The notes: generated by a model not told the origin, from the letters alone. DNA of 64,000 bases from Chloroflexia bacterium (GCA_034437815.1 DAOTTC010000006.1:1616-65615); one strand, 5' to 3'. Positions 19,815 through 29,609 are shown, counted from the first letter of the stretch. Program-made: numbers and translations.

Positions 19815-20774
19815 ATGGAAACCACAGCCCGCTCACAAGTCGAGGTGCTCCAGAAGACCGCACCGTTGCCGGTGCTGCTGCTGAAGGCCATGCGCCCCAA
19901 GCAGTGGACCAAGAACGTGCTGCTGTTCGCGGGGTTGCTCTTCGCCCTGAAGTTCACCGACCCGCCCTCCATAACAAGGGCCATAGCTGGGTTCGTGCTG
20001 TTCTGCCTGCTCTCAAGCTCGGTGTATATCATCAACGACCTGCGCGACCGCGAGAAGGACGCGCTGAACCCGCGAACCCGCAACCGGCCCATCGCCTCCG
20101 GAGCACTAAAACCTGCGGTTGCTCTGGCCTTTGTAGGCGTCATGTTGCCTGTGACGTTCGTGCTGTCGTGGCTGCTCAGTCCATGGTTCGCGCTAGTGGG
20201 CGGCATCTACATGGCCAAGGATCTGGGATACTCGTTCGGGCTTAAACACGTGGTCATAATGGACGTGCTGTTGATCGCGGCGGGCTTCACCCTGCGTGCC
20301 GTGGCGGGCGCTCTGGCCATCGGCGTGGCGATATCGCCGTGGCTGTACGTGGTGACTACGTTGGGGGCGCTGTTCCTCGCCCTCAACAAGCGCAAGCATG
20401 AATTGCTGCTGCTGGGGGCAGATGCCAGCAGCCACCGCAGGGTGCTGGGCGAATATTCGCCGGCGCTGGTGGAAGAGATGCTGGCGGTGGTCACGGCCAG
20501 CACGCTGATGTCCTATGGCCTGTACACCTTCACAGCCGAGAACCTGCCGCGCCCGCTCAGAGAGAACCACCTGATGATGCTGACGATCCCATTCGTGCTC
20601 TACGGTATCTTCCGCTATCTTTACCTCGTGTACCAGAAGGACGTTGGTAGTAGCCCGGAAGAAGTGTTGCTCAAAGACAAGCCGCTCCTGCTGTGCGTCA
20701 TCTTGTGGGCGTTGACCAGCGCCGCTCTGCTGTACATCTTCTCCCCACTCAGCGGTCTCTACCCGGCGCGCTGA
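19815..20774 (+). CDS. UbiA-family prenyltransferase, decaprenyl-phosphate phosphoribosyltransferase-like
   Basis: LKAMRPKQWTKNVLLFAGLLFA, NDLRDREKD...NRPIASG, and ~9 TM segments. Confidence 0.7.
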   Translation: METTARSQVEVLQKTAPLPVLLLKAMRPKQWTKNVLLFAGLLFALKFTDPPSITRAIAGFVLFCLLSSSVYIINDLRDREKDALNPRTRNRPIASGALKPAVALAFVGVMLPVTFVLSWLLSPWFALVGGIYMAKDLGYSFGLKHVVIMDVLLIAAGFTLRAVAGALAIGVAISPWLYVVTTLGALFLALNKRKHELLLLGADASSHRRVLGEYSPALVEEMLAVVTASTLMSYGLYTFTAENLPRPLRENHLMMLTIPFVLYGIFRYLYLVYQKDVGSSPEEVLLKDKPLLLCVILWALTSAALLYIFSPLSGLYPAR

Positions 20775-20799
20775 AGCGCACAGCCGGCATGGCGATCAT

Positions 20800-20862
20800 T
20801 CCCCCACCCGGAACCAGCCCCTTTGCCTCACCCTGCACCCCGCCATTTATTGCATCTGCCAG
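20800..20862 (+). repeat. Dispersed intergenic repeat, copy 4 (short module C fragment)
   Basis: ccctgcaccccgccatttattgcatctgcc matches cccctgcaccccggtatttattgcctgtgc. Confidence 0.45.
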
Positions 20863-20899
20863 ACATGCCCGATCTGCCGAATCTACAACGCAAGCCCTA

Positions 20900-20928
20900 T
20901 TGACTACCTAGAACTTCTGTGCTATAAT
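20900..20928 (+). promoter_or_regulatory. Consensus sigma70-type promoter upstream of the SWIM gene
   Basis: TTGACT (20900-20905), 17-nt spacer, TATAAT (20923-20928). Confidence 0.55.
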
Positions 20929-20958
20929 AGAACAAACGTTCAGCATGGAGGTTGCACC

Positions 20959-21186
20959 ATGGCAGAGAGGCGTCCTGCACGCGGGAGAGCGGAGCTGACG
21001 CGAATCAGCGTAACCGGCTCCCGCGATTTTTATCAGGTGCGCAACGGCAACGGCCTGCCCGTGCGCGTGTGGCGGGCACTCGACGGCCTGATATGCGAGT
21101 GCGGTTTGCCCGGTTGCGTGCACATCGAGAGCCTGCGCATATGCGGCTTCTTAGAGGACCCGATGCAACAATCACAGGCGGCGTGA
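20959..21186 (+). CDS. Small SWIM zinc-finger protein
   Basis: GGAGG RBS. CxCx5CxH signature ICECGLPGCVH. Confidence 0.5.
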   Translation: MAERRPARGRAELTRISVTGSRDFYQVRNGNGLPVRVWRALDGLICECGLPGCVHIESLRICGFLEDPMQQSQAA

Positions 21187-21245
21187 CGTTTGTTCGAACG
21201 GGCAAGGTAAAGCGATGAGGCGATATCGTAGCGAGACAGGTTAGA

Positions 21246-22109
21246 GTGCGAAAGGAGACAGAGTTGGACGAGAACATGAGCCGGAACCAGAGCCATAGAC
21301 CCACCAAGTTGTCACCAGAGGTTTACGTATACGCCACCAGCAAGCATTTCCTCAACGTGTACGATGCGCTCAGGATAGACAAGTTCAAAGTGGAAATCGC
21401 AGGCTACGACCCCACGACCAACCGCCAGACCGGCTGTGCCAGCGCATGGCTGGACAAGGACGACCTGCGCCTGCTGGCACATCTAGTATGCACCCGGCTG
21501 TTCGTGCCCATCACCGGCGGGCGGTGGGAGCGCTACGGTGGCAGCCAGAAGGACGACGGTTCCATCGAAAGCCGCACCCTGACAGTGGAATGGGATGAGG
21601 GCGAGGCCGGGAGATTCGCGCACTTCCCGTATCGCCTGACCATAACCAACGGGCCGGGCAGGAGAACCAGCACAGGCGGGGTAACCCCCGCCGGTGAGCC
21701 CACCGCCAGACTCGCCATGCGCCTGCCCGAGGGGGATATGATGAAGATCATGCTGGCTGTGGGCGATTACTTGCACGCCTATGAGGCCGCCCATCATCAT
21801 CGCATAGTGGCACAGCGCGTCCGAGAGCTACGCGATAAGCTCGAAGAGAGAGCAAGCCGCTACGAGAACGAATACGAACCCCACGCCGTCGAGCCTGCAA
21901 GACCGCAGCCTGCCCACGAACCTGTTGCCCCCATGCGCGCCCAAACGCAAGCTCGACCTGCGGACAGAGCTATAACCGCAGGCGCGCTCCCCGTTGCTCC
22001 GGCGCAAGATGGGACCGCACCAACACGACCGCCCCTGAGGGCGGTGCCCGGCGGCAATCGCAGCCGTGACAGGGAGCGCACCCCCAACGCACGCCCTGCC
22101 GCAGGCTAA
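21246..22109 (+). CDS. Hypothetical protein (no family recognised); probable start TTG 21264 or ATG 21276
   Basis: AAGGAG at 21252-21257. Coding-like composition over ~280 codons with a Pro/Ala/Arg-rich C-terminal tail. It lies between the SWIM gene and ssb. Confidence 0.5.
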   Translation: MRKETELDENMSRNQSHRPTKLSPEVYVYATSKHFLNVYDALRIDKFKVEIAGYDPTTNRQTGCASAWLDKDDLRLLAHLVCTRLFVPITGGRWERYGGSQKDDGSIESRTLTVEWDEGEAGRFAHFPYRLTITNGPGRRTSTGGVTPAGEPTARLAMRLPEGDMMKIMLAVGDYLHAYEAAHHHRIVAQRVRELRDKLEERASRYENEYEPHAVEPARPQPAHEPVAPMRAQTQARPADRAITAGALPVAPAQDGTAPTRPPLRAVPGGNRSRDRERTPNARPAAG

Positions 22110-22258
22110 AGCCGGCACGCAGACTAGAGGGCGCATTCAAGCGGCATTTCAGCGCCGGGACTGCGAACTCCATGCACAGGCGTACCAAGAGCGTTATGAG
22201 ATCTCCAAAGAGAGTTGGCAACATCGTTATAAGCCAGATGGAATGAGGAGTAACTGAG

Positions 22259-22732
22259 ATGGCAAGGACATTGAACAAAGTGATGTTGATCGGGCGGCTG
22301 GGCGCCGACCCCGAATTTCGCTACACCAGCACCGGCATGCCGGTAGCTACTTTCCCTATCGCCACTAACCGCCAGTGGGTGGCCCGAGACGGTAGCTTGC
22401 AAGAGCAGACCGAGTGGCATAATATAGTGGCGTGGGACAAACTCGCGCAAATATGCGCCGACCACCTGACCAAGGGCCGTCTGGTGTTCATCGAAGGCCG
22501 ATTGCAGACCCGCTCGTGGGAATCCAACGGCCAGAAGATGTACCGCACCGAGATAGTGGCCTCCGATATGCTCATCCTCGACTCCAAGAGCGGGGGCACA
22601 CCGGAGCCGGACACGCCGGTGGCCGCCACCATGGCAGCCGGTGAGGGCGAGGCCGCTGGCGTGCCCCGCGCCGCCGAGGCGCTCGAAGCTGAAGCCGATG
22701 ACTGGCAGGACCCGGACGAATTGCCTTTCTAG
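22259..22732 (+). CDS. ssb: Single-stranded DNA-binding protein
   Basis: OB-fold N-terminus KVMLIGRLGADPEFRYT...WHNIVAW. Acidic tail ending DELPF. Confidence 0.92.
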   Translation: MARTLNKVMLIGRLGADPEFRYTSTGMPVATFPIATNRQWVARDGSLQEQTEWHNIVAWDKLAQICADHLTKGRLVFIEGRLQTRSWESNGQKMYRTEIVASDMLILDSKSGGTPEPDTPVAATMAAGEGEAAGVPRAAEALEAEADDWQDPDELPF

Positions 22733-22746
22733 CCTAGCACCACCTC

Positions 22747-24987
22747 ATGAGAACACAGCCGGTTGACCACGCAGCCACAGGCACGGATGCCCTCACAATC
22801 CAGCCGCTGGAAACCCTTGATGGCGTGGTGAAGACCATCACCTATGTTAACGAGGAAAACGGCTACACCATCGCCCGCCTGAAGGTGCCCAAACACAAGC
22901 CCCTCATCACTATCACGGGCAGTCTGCCGGGGATCAGCGTAGGCGAGGGGCTGAGAGTGGAAGGCCGGTGGATCAACCACCCGCAGTATGGCCGCCAGTT
23001 CGTGGTGGAGCGATTCCAGCAGGCCACCCCCGACACCCCTGCGGGACTGAAGAAATACCTTGGTTCGGGCCTACTCAAGGGGGTGGGCCCGGTCATAGCC
23101 GAGCAAATAGTCAATACGTTCGGGCTGGATACCATAAGAGTGCTGGACGAGGCGCCGGGCCGTCTCATGGAAGTGCCCGGGTTGGGCAGGCGCAAAGCAC
23201 AGGCTATCGCCGAGGCATGGGCCTCGCGCCGCGCTCTGAACGAGTTGATGCAGTTCTTGCAGGGCGAGGGCTTGCCCGTGGCGCTGGCCGTGCGCATCAT
23301 GCGCAAATATGGCACCGCTGCCGAGAGCGTGGTCCGCCTGCAACCCTACCGGCTGGCCGCCGAAGTGTACGGTGTGCCATTCGAGGTAGCCGACGCGTTG
23401 GCCGCCCGCTCAGGTGTGAAAGCCGATGCGCCCCAGCGCATTGGAGCGGGGCTGGCACAAGTACTGCGCGACGCTGCGGACTCCGGCCACACCTATCTGC
23501 CCGCACATGAGCTTGTGGGCAGGGCTTCACGCCTGCTGAAGCTCAGCCCCGATCTGCTGGCACGCTCCCTGCCGTCCATGCAAGATGAAGGCTTCGTCGT
23601 GCTTGAGCGGGACCCGGCCGGTACAGGTGGCATCTCCGAACGGGTCTACCTGCCCGCCCTGCACGCCGGTGAGTTGGCCGTGGCTGACACCTTGCGAACT
23701 TTGTTGACCGCCAGGCATGACCGGCTGGCCGATTTCAAACGGCTGGATTGGGCAAGCGCGTGGCGATATCTTGGAGCACAGGGGACCGTGCACCTGTCGG
23801 ACCGGCAGAAAGAGGCTGTGCGCGCGGCGTTGGAAGGGCGAGTGGTGGTCATCACAGGGGGTCCGGGCACCGGCAAGACCACCGCCTTGCGTGGTTTGGT
23901 GCGGTTGGTCATGGCAAAGGGGCACACGGTGGCTCTGGCCGCGCCCACAGGGAGGGCCGCCAAGCGGCTGGCCGAGGCCACCGGCGCGCCGGCAAGCACC
24001 ATCCACCGCCTGCTCGAACTGCGGCCCGGCGGCGCATATGAGGTGCGCGAGCCGCTGGACGCCGACCTGATAATCATCGACGAAGCCTCCATGATGGACC
24101 TGTCGCTGGCCTCGGCGCTGTTTCGTGCAGTGCCGCCCGGCGCGCACCTCGTGCTGGTAGGAGACGCCGATCAACTGCCTCCGGTGGGCGCGGGCGCGGT
24201 GTTCCGTGACATCATTGCCAGCAGAGTGGTGCCGATCGTGAGGCTGGATGCGATATTCCGTCAGCCCGAGGGGAGCGCTATCGTCAGCAACGCCCACCGC
24301 ATCAATCAAGGCCTGTTGCCACGGTTTGGTGGCGAGATCAAAGACTTCTTCTTCCTGAACGAGCGTAGGGCCGCCGAGTGTGCCCGTCTAGTCGTGGAAC
24401 TGGCCGCGCACCGCCTGCCCGGCCACTACGGCTTCGACCCGGTGGAAGACATACAGGTCATTGTGCCCATGTACGCAGGGGTGTGTGGGGTGGATGCGCT
24501 CAATGCCGCCCTGCAAAAGGCGCTCAACCCCGCCCACCCATCAAAAGACGAGCGCCGCTTCGGCAGTCGCGTGTTCCGCGTGGGTGACAAAGTTATGCAG
24601 GTGGTCAACGACTATGACCGTCAGGTGTCCAACGGCGAGATGGGCCGCATCTCTCGCATTGATCTGGAAGAGCAGATCGTGCTGGTGTCCTTCGACTCCG
24701 ACCTCGCCGTGCCCTATACATTTCAGGAGCTTGATGAGCTTACCCACGCATACGCCATCTCGGTGCACAAAGCGCAGGGCAGCGAGTATCCGGCGATTGT
24801 CATGCCCGTACTGCCCCAGTATGGCCGCCTGTTACAGCGCAACCTGCTGTACACCGGAGTGAGCCGAGCGCGCAGTCTGGTGGTGCTGGTGGGGTCGGTG
24901 GACGCCCTCAAACGTGGCGTGGACAACGACACCGCAACTCGGCGCTATTCCTCTCTCGTAGAGCGGCTGCGCCGGGTCCTCGGTTAG
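22747..24987 (+). CDS. recD2: RecD2-type SF1 ATP-dependent DNA helicase
   Basis: N-terminal OB/HhH region, Walker A ITGGPGTGKTT, DEASM, and C-terminal YAISVHKAQGSEY. Confidence 0.88.
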   Translation: MRTQPVDHAATGTDALTIQPLETLDGVVKTITYVNEENGYTIARLKVPKHKPLITITGSLPGISVGEGLRVEGRWINHPQYGRQFVVERFQQATPDTPAGLKKYLGSGLLKGVGPVIAEQIVNTFGLDTIRVLDEAPGRLMEVPGLGRRKAQAIAEAWASRRALNELMQFLQGEGLPVALAVRIMRKYGTAAESVVRLQPYRLAAEVYGVPFEVADALAARSGVKADAPQRIGAGLAQVLRDAADSGHTYLPAHELVGRASRLLKLSPDLLARSLPSMQDEGFVVLERDPAGTGGISERVYLPALHAGELAVADTLRTLLTARHDRLADFKRLDWASAWRYLGAQGTVHLSDRQKEAVRAALEGRVVVITGGPGTGKTTALRGLVRLVMAKGHTVALAAPTGRAAKRLAEATGAPASTIHRLLELRPGGAYEVREPLDADLIIIDEASMMDLSLASALFRAVPPGAHLVLVGDADQLPPVGAGAVFRDIIASRVVPIVRLDAIFRQPEGSAIVSNAHRINQGLLPRFGGEIKDFFFLNERRAAECARLVVELAAHRLPGHYGFDPVEDIQVIVPMYAGVCGVDALNAALQKALNPAHPSKDERRFGSRVFRVGDKVMQVVNDYDRQVSNGEMGRISRIDLEEQIVLVSFDSDLAVPYTFQELDELTHAYAISVHKAQGSEYPAIVMPVLPQYGRLLQRNLLYTGVSRARSLVVLVGSVDALKRGVDNDTATRRYSSLVERLRRVLG

Positions 24988-25218
24988 GGGGATTCGTGGT
25001 GTCCCCAATGCCCCAACCCTCTTGCTAATACTGCAATTTACGTAATTCCGCTACTTCTCTTACGTAAACTGCTACAGAAATGGCGCTCACCTATTGACTC
25101 CATGTCGCTCCCTCTGTTATATGACCCTGTGTCATAACCGGGGAGGCAGGCGATTGCCGCTTGACGGCAGATAGTGGTGACCTGCCCCACGGCCCTTTTG
25201 CAAGGAGGGAGAACACAA

Positions 25219-25647
25219 ATGAATAACAAGTTCGCGGGGCTACGCCTGAACAGGCGTCTGTGCGTGGGCTTACTGGCGATAGCTGCCGTATGCGTGCCGT
25301 GGATCAGCGGTTATGGAGGGGCACAGGCCGCGCAGACCAATTCACGGCTGGCGCAGTATCGAGCGTGGATGGTGGAAGCACGCGCCATGTACCCTTATCC
25401 GCAAAGCGTGGACAAGATGTACCGCGTGATGATGTGCGAGTCAAGCGGCAACCCGCGCGCCGTGGGCGGGGGTGGCGCGTGGTTGGGCCTCTTCCAGTAC
25501 GCTCCCCGCACGTGGCGCGGCTCGTGGAACCCATACCGCAATCAAAGCATCTGGGATCCCAAAGCGCAGATATTCGCCACTGCCAAGGCATGGAGCATCG
25601 GTATGCAGAGCCATTGGTCCTGCTATTATAAGACGGCAGGCAAATAA
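25219..25647 (+). CDS. Secreted lysozyme-like (SLT/transglycosylase-like) protein
   Basis: AAGGAGGG RBS, signal peptide, and MCESSGNPRAV...GLFQYAPRTW. Confidence 0.6.
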   Translation: MNNKFAGLRLNRRLCVGLLAIAAVCVPWISGYGGAQAAQTNSRLAQYRAWMVEARAMYPYPQSVDKMYRVMMCESSGNPRAVGGGGAWLGLFQYAPRTWRGSWNPYRNQSIWDPKAQIFATAKAWSIGMQSHWSCYYKTAGK

Positions 25648-25674
25648 AGAGTCTGGAGAATACAGCACAGCAGC

Positions 25675-25705
25675 GAGGCGACCCCCGACGGGTCGCCTCT
25701 ATTTG
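25675..25705 (+). terminator. Hairpin terminator after the SLT gene (overlaps the stop of the convergent methyltransferase)
   Basis: gaggcgaccc ccgac gggtcgcctc followed by tattt. Confidence 0.5.
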
Positions 25706-26451
25706 CCCGCCTTGATGTACAGAGGCCATGTCACTGTCTTGACAGCGAACGGGTCTCCCCATGCCTCGGCGAGTTGAGACGCTATGAGGTCAACCGGGTC
25801 AGACCCATGCCGCTCGATATACCTGCGGACGGGCGACCAAGTACGCAGGTAGGCCAACATATCCTCAAGCGCCCAGTCTAGTTTGATCTCGAACCGCGGC
25901 ATCGGTATCTCGTCGAACGGGAAGGCGAGCGAACGATACCCATCATCAACGAACTTACGCTCTTTTGGCCAGTACGGGCCTATCGTGCCAGAATAGAACG
26001 ACTCCAGTATTTCATCCACGCGTGGCTCCACCCGACAGAGGGCATAACTCCACACTGCCAACACCCCATCCGGTTTGAGCACCCTCTTCGCCTCTTGGTA
26101 GAACTTCGGTATGTCAAACCAGTGCAAGGCCTGAGCCACAGTAACGAGGTCAACCGTGCGCGATGCGATGCCGCTGCGCTCGGCGCGCGCCACTCTGTAG
26201 GACACTTTGCTGTGCGGGAAGGCGTTGCGAATCTGCTCCGCGCTGGCGTCAGTGGCTATGACGCAGTCGAAGTACGGAGCGAGACCAAGCGCCGCCTGCC
26301 CGTTGCCGGTGCCGCAGTCCCACGCCAGTTCATGCTCGCGGGTTAGCGACGCCAGATGCTCGAACAGCTCTGGGGGATAGGTCGGGCGGTGGCGGGCATA
26401 ACTGCTTGCGTGAGCAGAGAAATAGTCTTTGAATTCGTCTGATTGTGCCAT
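25699..26451 (-). CDS. Class I SAM-dependent methyltransferase
   Basis: Motif I AWDCGTGNGQAALGLA; VAQALHWF. Confidence 0.78.
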   Translation of the reverse strand: MAQSDEFKDYFSAHASSYARHRPTYPPELFEHLASLTREHELAWDCGTGNGQAALGLAPYFDCVIATDASAEQIRNAFPHSKVSYRVARAERSGIASRTVDLVTVAQALHWFDIPKFYQEAKRVLKPDGVLAVWSYALCRVEPRVDEILESFYSGTIGPYWPKERKFVDDGYRSLAFPFDEIPMPRFEIKLDWALEDMLAYLRTWSPVRRYIERHGSDPVDLIASQLAEAWGDPFAVKTVTWPLYIKAGK

Positions 26452-26516
26452 TTGTGCCCCCCTATTGATTCTTGGGCCGTTTGCAGGCGGTGGCTGCCCG
26501 CGCCCGGTCTAAAAGG

Positions 26517-29500
26517 TCACCACCCGCCGCTGGAACTGCCGCCACTGCCCCAACTACCGCTGGACGAGCCACCCCCACCGAACGTACCCCCGGACGAGCC
26601 GCCTCCGGAGAAGCCTCCACCGCCTCTTCCACCGCCTGAAAAACCACCGCCCCATGGGGTACCCCACGGGCCGCCCCAGCCCCTGCCTGCGCGCCTGCGC
26701 CCCCCGCCTCCGAGCAGCGATCCTATCACTGCGGCGGCTATGGCCTGTTCAATCGCCGCCTGTTCTCTGGCACGCCGCTCGTTGTAGCGCCGCACCTCGT
26801 CCTCGGCAACGGACAGCGCACGCCTCGCCAGTGCTTCGGCCTCGCGGGCATCGGTTGTGATGGATTGGAGTGTGCGCTCGTCTACTCCATCTTGCCATGC
26901 AGGCAGTGCGTTTACCGCTTGCTCAAGCATCTCCCAACTTCGTCTGCTGAGCACGCTCCGGTTGTTGTTCAGGTAGGATGCCACCTCCCGTATAGTGGAG
27001 TCGGCGCTCTCCAGTGCGTGGGCGGCCTGCGCGCGCAATTCTTCCATGCGGGCGAATTGCTGTTGTGCTTGCCGGTACGCCTCGTCGGCGGAGTGTTGCA
27101 CTGCGCCAAATATGGACGAAGCCTCATCCAAAGCCTCGGCACGCTGTACATCCTCCAGCCCACCCCGCTCGGCCTGCTCCACCAGACGGTGTGCGCGTTT
27201 CAGGTCTTCCTGCGCCCTCGCCAGTACATCGAAGAGATCGGGCTTTACGTCCTGTCGGTGCACCGAAACGAAGTTGAGAGCACGGCTCAGGCTGGCATTG
27301 GCCTGTTGCGACAGGGTTTGAGCGCGCAGGCGGCGGGCTTGCATGGCTTCCTGCTGGCTGCGGGCATCGGCGAGGGCTTTATCCGCAAGGTCATTGGCCT
27401 GACGGGCCAGCGCCACCACCCGTATCCAGTCGGGCTTGCCGGCGGCTATCTCCTTTCTGGCTTGAGCCAGCAGTTCCTCCGCTTCAGAGAGCGCCTTGGC
27501 GGGCGCAGCGTTGATGTCCGGGTCGTACCGTGCCACGAACGCTTTGCCCGCGGCTATGTCGCGCTCGGCAGCCTCGATCTCAGCCTGAGCGGTGCGCTGG
27601 CTCTCCCGAATGTGGTTGAGTCGCTCAATGATGGCCGTTATCAATTCGCGGGCGCGGGCCAAGAGAGTGTCGGCCTGTTCAATTAGCCGTTGAGCGCCCT
27701 CGAAATCCTGAGGGGAATCCGGCGACAGGGAGTTGAGTGCGGTGGCTTGTTGCCACAGCGCGAAGGCCTGATCAGCGGCGCGCTGGGCCTCGGTGCCGTT
27801 GCCCCGTATATCCTGCCATGAACTCTCAGCATACTCGTCCACTTGATCGAAGGCCTTGGCTCCCTCTTGAATGTAGGCGCGCACCTCTTCGCCGGCCGCA
27901 TGGAGCCGGGCCAGCGCCTGCTGGTTGGCCTCGTGCAGGGCCGTGGCCCGGTCAACCGATGCCCCCGCCTGATCTATCATGTGCAGGGCAATGCCGAGCG
28001 CTTGGTCGAAGCCGCCCGTGTCCGTATCCGTGCGTGTGCCGGGGGCAGGGATATCTTCCAGCAGGCGGGCGGCGTCAGATAGCCTATCCAGCGCCTGCCT
28101 GAAGAGCCCATCGCTGTGGGGCAGTTTGAAACCTCTGGAGCGGGCCTCGGCCAGCTTTGTGCGTGCCTGTGCCAGTGCCTGATAAGCTTGAGAGAGGGCG
28201 CGCACCTGCGCCCCCACCCTCTCGGCCGACGATCGCGCGGCTCTGGCCGCGTCGTAGGCTCGCAGAGCCATGGGCGGCCTAGAATCCAGCGCGCTTTCCG
28301 CCTCGGCCAGCCTGCTGTGCGCCTGCCGGAGCACGCGGTCCGGTTGTGGGGTGTAGAGGTCCGGGGCCGCCGCAGCCAGATTCACTAACTCATCATTGGC
28401 TGCGGCTATCGCTTTTTTTGCCGCGTCTGTCTCCGGGCGCGCCGAAGTCGCCTGCGCCTCCACCTGCCTGCTCAGTTCCGCCAGATGGCGGAGGAAGTCG
28501 GCGGCTGCGCGCACATCGTTCTGCACAGCCTGATACTGCGAAATGGCCCATGACATTTCTTCTTCGGTGGTGAACCGGCGCTGACCCAAGTCATTGTACA
28601 CCGCTAAAGCCTGTGCCAACCGGTCGTAGGTCTGTTTGTACCGGTCGGTGATCTCGGCGAGTTGGTCGGGGCGCTCCTGAGCGAGCGACAGCACAAGGAA
28701 GCGGTATTGCAGTTGTTCCTCGGGGTTGGCGGGGAAGTCGAGGTCGGTGATCATGTCGGCGGCCACGTTGCGAGCCTGCGTCAATTGGGCTTGCAAGGCG
28801 CGGCGGCGGGCAGCAGCTTGCTGAGCTTGCCTGTAACGCCGCCACAGCATGGGGCCGAGTACGGCAAGCGCCCCCACCGCCAGCAGCACCACCAGACAGA
28901 TGATGAAGGCATTGGCTATGGCGGTGGTGTCCACCTGCGTGATGGTCGCGGGCTGTGGCGTGGGCGTGGGAGGTGGGTTCCTGTACAGGTCTATCTCGCG
29001 GGCCGCCTGCTCAAAGGTCTGCGCGAAGGCCTGCGTATAATCCCCGCCCGCCAGATCAGGTTCGAGGTAGTGGGTGCGGAGGTAGTCGGCCAGTGTGCCA
29101 GTGCTGCGCGGCTGCTCCATTATGGGCTTGAGCCGATCGCCGAACACGATGATATCCCTGCGTATGTCTAGCACCACGACCACAGCGAACAGGTCGGGGT
29201 CTACCAAACCGCCTTGGCTGAGACCGTAAGCGGCTATGGCCGAACGGGCGAATGTGTCTATGTCCTGCCCGAAACTGCTGCGGGCCAGCACCGCCAGCGG
29301 CTGAACGCCTATCCGCTCCAGCCGGACCGCGGCCTGATTCACCCGCACTCGGTCCAACCTGCCGGTGTCGTCGGATACCACCCCATCCAGAGGCGGCCAG
29401 ACCTGCAAGGCTTGGGCCGGCGCGCCGGCCACAGGCGCTATCGGCCACACCAACCACACCAACCACACCAGCCATACCAACCACATACCTCTCAGCAGAT

Positions 29501-29609
29501 TGCGCACGCGACCCCGCCCGGGAGGCACCCGGTGCACGCTGTGGGCGTTTTGGGGCGTAGCGGGCGCTGAGTCAGGTTGGGCGTGTGGGAGTGGGAACAA
29601 ACCGAACAC
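26517..29609 (-). CDS. TPM-domain (YgcG-like) membrane protein with ~700-aa helical/coiled-coil insertion and Gly-rich C-terminal tail
   Basis: Signal peptide, then a TPM-like region (VSDDTGRLD...FARSAIAAYGL...VVVLDIRR). TM FIICLVVLLAVGALAVLGPMLW, a long Ala/Gln/Arg-rich helical region, and tail GGGFSGGGRGGGGFSGGGSSGG...GGW. Confidence 0.65.
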   Translation of the reverse strand: MFGLFPLPHAQPDSAPATPQNAHSVHRVPPGRGRVRNLLRGMWLVWLVWLVWLVWPIAPVAGAPAQALQVWPPLDGVVSDDTGRLDRVRVNQAAVRLERIGVQPLAVLARSSFGQDIDTFARSAIAAYGLSQGGLVDPDLFAVVVVLDIRRDIIVFGDRLKPIMEQPRSTGTLADYLRTHYLEPDLAGGDYTQAFAQTFEQAAREIDLYRNPPPTPTPQPATITQVDTTAIANAFIICLVVLLAVGALAVLGPMLWRRYRQAQQAAARRRALQAQLTQARNVAADMITDLDFPANPEEQLQYRFLVLSLAQERPDQLAEITDRYKQTYDRLAQALAVYNDLGQRRFTTEEEMSWAISQYQAVQNDVRAAADFLRHLAELSRQVEAQATSARPETDAAKKAIAAANDELVNLAAAAPDLYTPQPDRVLRQAHSRLAEAESALDSRPPMALRAYDAARAARSSAERVGAQVRALSQAYQALAQARTKLAEARSRGFKLPHSDGLFRQALDRLSDAARLLEDIPAPGTRTDTDTGGFDQALGIALHMIDQAGASVDRATALHEANQQALARLHAAGEEVRAYIQEGAKAFDQVDEYAESSWQDIRGNGTEAQRAADQAFALWQQATALNSLSPDSPQDFEGAQRLIEQADTLLARARELITAIIERLNHIRESQRTAQAEIEAAERDIAAGKAFVARYDPDINAAPAKALSEAEELLAQARKEIAAGKPDWIRVVALARQANDLADKALADARSQQEAMQARRLRAQTLSQQANASLSRALNFVSVHRQDVKPDLFDVLARAQEDLKRAHRLVEQAERGGLEDVQRAEALDEASSIFGAVQHSADEAYRQAQQQFARMEELRAQAAHALESADSTIREVASYLNNNRSVLSRRSWEMLEQAVNALPAWQDGVDERTLQSITTDAREAEALARRALSVAEDEVRRYNERRAREQAAIEQAIAAAVIGSLLGGGGRRRAGRGWGGPWGTPWGGGFSGGGRGGGGFSGGGSSGGTFGGGGSSSGSWGSGGSSSGGW
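29446..29490. repeat. 9-bp tandem repeat (cacaccaac x4-5) encoding the (WLV)n core of the TPM-protein signal peptide
   Basis: The units are cacaccaac cacaccaac cacaccagc cataccaac cacatacct. The minus strand encodes MWLVWLVWLVWLVWP. Confidence 0.85.

Noticed and set aside
26443-26787. Proline-rich 114-aa ORF (PPPPNVPPDEPPPEKPPPP...)
   Set aside because: It is the reverse-complement reading of the Gly-rich tail (GGN codons) of the TPM/YgcG-like gene and is not independent coding sequence.
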